Assembly: GCA_973895155.1 (NCBI GenBank)
Contig: OZ316892.1
Span: 25,009,233-25,073,232 of the forward strand
Length of the DNA stretch: 64,000 nucleotides
Reading direction: 5' to 3'
Source of the DNA: Marsupella aquatica
Taxonomy: Eukaryota; Plantae; Marchantiophyta
Notes under the pieces: model-generated
The model's database searches: none
What the model was told of the DNA's origin: nothing
The model's input: the letters and a program-made list of their open reading frames with translations, nothing else
Shown: in pieces, positions 61,788-64,000 of the stretch
How positions within the stretch are numbered: the stretch's first letter is position 1
Layout of the letters: the number at the start of each line of letters is the position of its first letter
Translations under genes and position numbers: made by a program

Positions 61788-64000
61788 GCAGAATGGTTTT
61801 GAAGCACAATTCATACCTTGATAATAGATGTAGCCTCCGTATAAATTATGTATGATGGGATAGATTGAGCTCAACACATGATGCCTCCGATGGCAGTTTA
61901 TGTAACATGATATGGTGGAATCAAGTCACACGCCACGATTGATTTTCTCAAAAGCCAACTGTAAGGGAGTTTTGAAACGGAATGCTTCGACCATTCCTCA
62001 AATGATTAGCACAGTTTTCAAGAGTGATAAGAGGTAGTTCTGAATTTCTCCTCTGCGTTTTTTGTTGTGCTTATTTGGGCCATTTTCAATAAATTTTCCT
62101 CTCGATTCTGATTGCCGCGAAATCAGAAACAACAAGACAGCATAGACCGCAAGATTTAGAGCTAGGAAAGCACATACCGTACAAGCCAAGCTATGGTACT
62201 TGTGGTATTCATATGGTATTTGTGGACGGAACGCTCAAGTTGATAGGGTAATAGTGAGGAAGAACCGCTTGACTCAGTCCAGTATGTACCTTCGGTGGCC
62301 ACACTTAAACCTACCAACTCTATGGACGCTCGACTCCTGAACCAATTTTCCCTACCAAAGAATCTATTGGCGATCATTCTGATTTACGTTTCTCTGGTAA
62401 ATTTCTTTGAGCGTTTGGTTGGAGTACGTGTTTGGAGAGACACAGTTGTGAAAAGCTTTTCTTTCAGCGTTTCTGATCGATGTCATTTCGCTCAGTTAGT
62501 TTCCGTGGGCGTTTGGGTGACGTTCAAATCTGATCGTACCGTTTTTTTGTGAAATAATGTCTTAAAAGTGTCTTGCCTCTTGACTACGCCTGTAATTTAC
62601 GTTCATGCTTTGTTGGAGGCTGATTGTCAATGGGTCGCGATCCGATGCAAGCAAAGGAAGGCTGCATTTTAACCTGCTGGATTCTGGACTGATTGAGTCA
62701 AGAAATTCATTGAATTCTCTTGATCACTGCTCTATCGTTTGCACTGTCGTTCAGGCACTTTCGACAAAGCTGCAGTAGATGAGTATTATGGGAAATGAGC
62801 AGTTCGTGGTATACACTGGGAGATGACATTGAAGTCTAGTCGACCTCTGACTAGCTACGAAAGGTTGATAATAGTGGCGTGACCGTTTAGCCAAATTTTG
62901 CAATTTGCATCATCTACAAGTAGACTGGGTTGATATCTTGAAAAGTGATGTCCCAAATTGTCCAAGCTATGCCCGAAGAGCATGGAAGGCAGACGAGCTG
63001 AGAGTCAAATGAACTTTCTGAGTTGCTTAGGCTTGATTTTGCACAATTAAGACACAGCAGGTGGCTGTGGGTGAGGATCTTGGGAGGCATCTGGAACGCA
63101 TAACGTTTCAATTATTTATAAATTGACTTCCTCTTTTACTTCAGAATCATGTCCTGGCCTTGGGAGTAGTTTGTCGTTGTTAATTTGTTCCCACTGAAGG
63201 GACCGTGTCAGGCCATGTTTTCTTTGTAAATTACAGTACAACCTATGTCTTGTGTAATTATACGTTTCGATAGACTTTGCCGTTACCAACGCATGCCAGC
63301 TCTGACTAGAATGATGATCGGTTCCATATATCAAACCTGCTGATTTTGATTAAATTTCTGTTCCCCACTTAGAATTAGAGGAAATTGGAACAGTCATTTG
63401 ACCTCAGACAGCGCACAACTCCCTAATCCTTAAAAACAAGTATTTAGATGCACGTTAGCGTAGAAGCTCATTCATCGCATCCAATTCATTGCATACGAAG
63501 TCCATTGTCGCAGACATGATTACTCTCCAAGATCAGGTTTACATCGTCAGAGAGGAACATGATTTCTCAATAAGAGAGACCAATAAGTATAAATTATGGT
63601 TGATGCTGGCTACTTGAACAAAGTGTCACAATTTGAGAGTGGGTGCAATATAGTATATCCAATACTTTATAAAAATTAAGCTTACATGTGAAGCTGGAGT
63701 TGAGATCCGGTACTTAGCTAGAGGGTCCATCAGGTCATGTTACAGTTTTCAACAAAAAGCAAGAGATTCATCAGTGGCCTCCTCCGCAATGCTGCACGTT
63801 TTATAACTCACACTTCCTACTTACAAGGTGGTCGGGCATCAAACATCAAAGCATGCTTTTGTATGTACTTAGAAATCTTTCTAGTCTCCTGTGTAGCTCA
63901 CTCCAATCTGTTCAGTGTGGGCTTCGCTGTCATGCTTTCTGTCATGAGTGAGTTTATTCTCACACATTAAAGCAAGCGAACAGCTATATTAGCCAGACAC

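Noticed and set aside
62900-64000. Splice-like signals on the minus strand suggesting the 3' end of a gene entering from the right (for example DWSELHRRLERFLSTYKSML-stop near 63848-63908)
   Set aside because: Plausible, but no recognisable domain or unambiguous exon chain lies within the window.

Overview
Eukaryotic genomic DNA from a land plant, most likely a bryophyte such as a liverwort, judged from spliceosomal GT-AG introns, plant-type genes and CpG-depleted transposon debris. Four host genes are supported: a single-exon plant-specific protein of unknown function (5186-6763, -), a 7-exon dienelactone hydrolase-family gene (43124-46446, -), a single-exon RCC1-repeat RUG3-like gene (53349-54905, -) and an 11-exon ferredoxin-like/metallo-beta-lactamase-fold gene (57365-61787, +). 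The most notable object is a full-length 9,164-bp DNA transposon at 16284-25447. It has an exact 8-bp target-site duplication (ATTTATAC), bipartite terminal inverted repeats and a decayed, intron-containing transposase carrying the P-element/THAP9 catalytic motifs but no THAP domain. It also carries an open multi-PHD-finger (NSD/EDM2-like) ORF and a 61-nt mascRNA-like tRNA mimic just after the transposase stop. A 3.3-kb non-autonomous Copia (Bianca-type) LTR element at 47022-50327 has 139-bp LTRs, a 5-bp TSD and an extended primer-binding site copied from the 5' half of tRNA-Ile. The rest is decayed LINE, Copia and DNA-transposon remnants, tandem repeats and two CpG-rich intergenic patches, one with a dense GTAC cluster. 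All calls are from manual reading; no searches were run.
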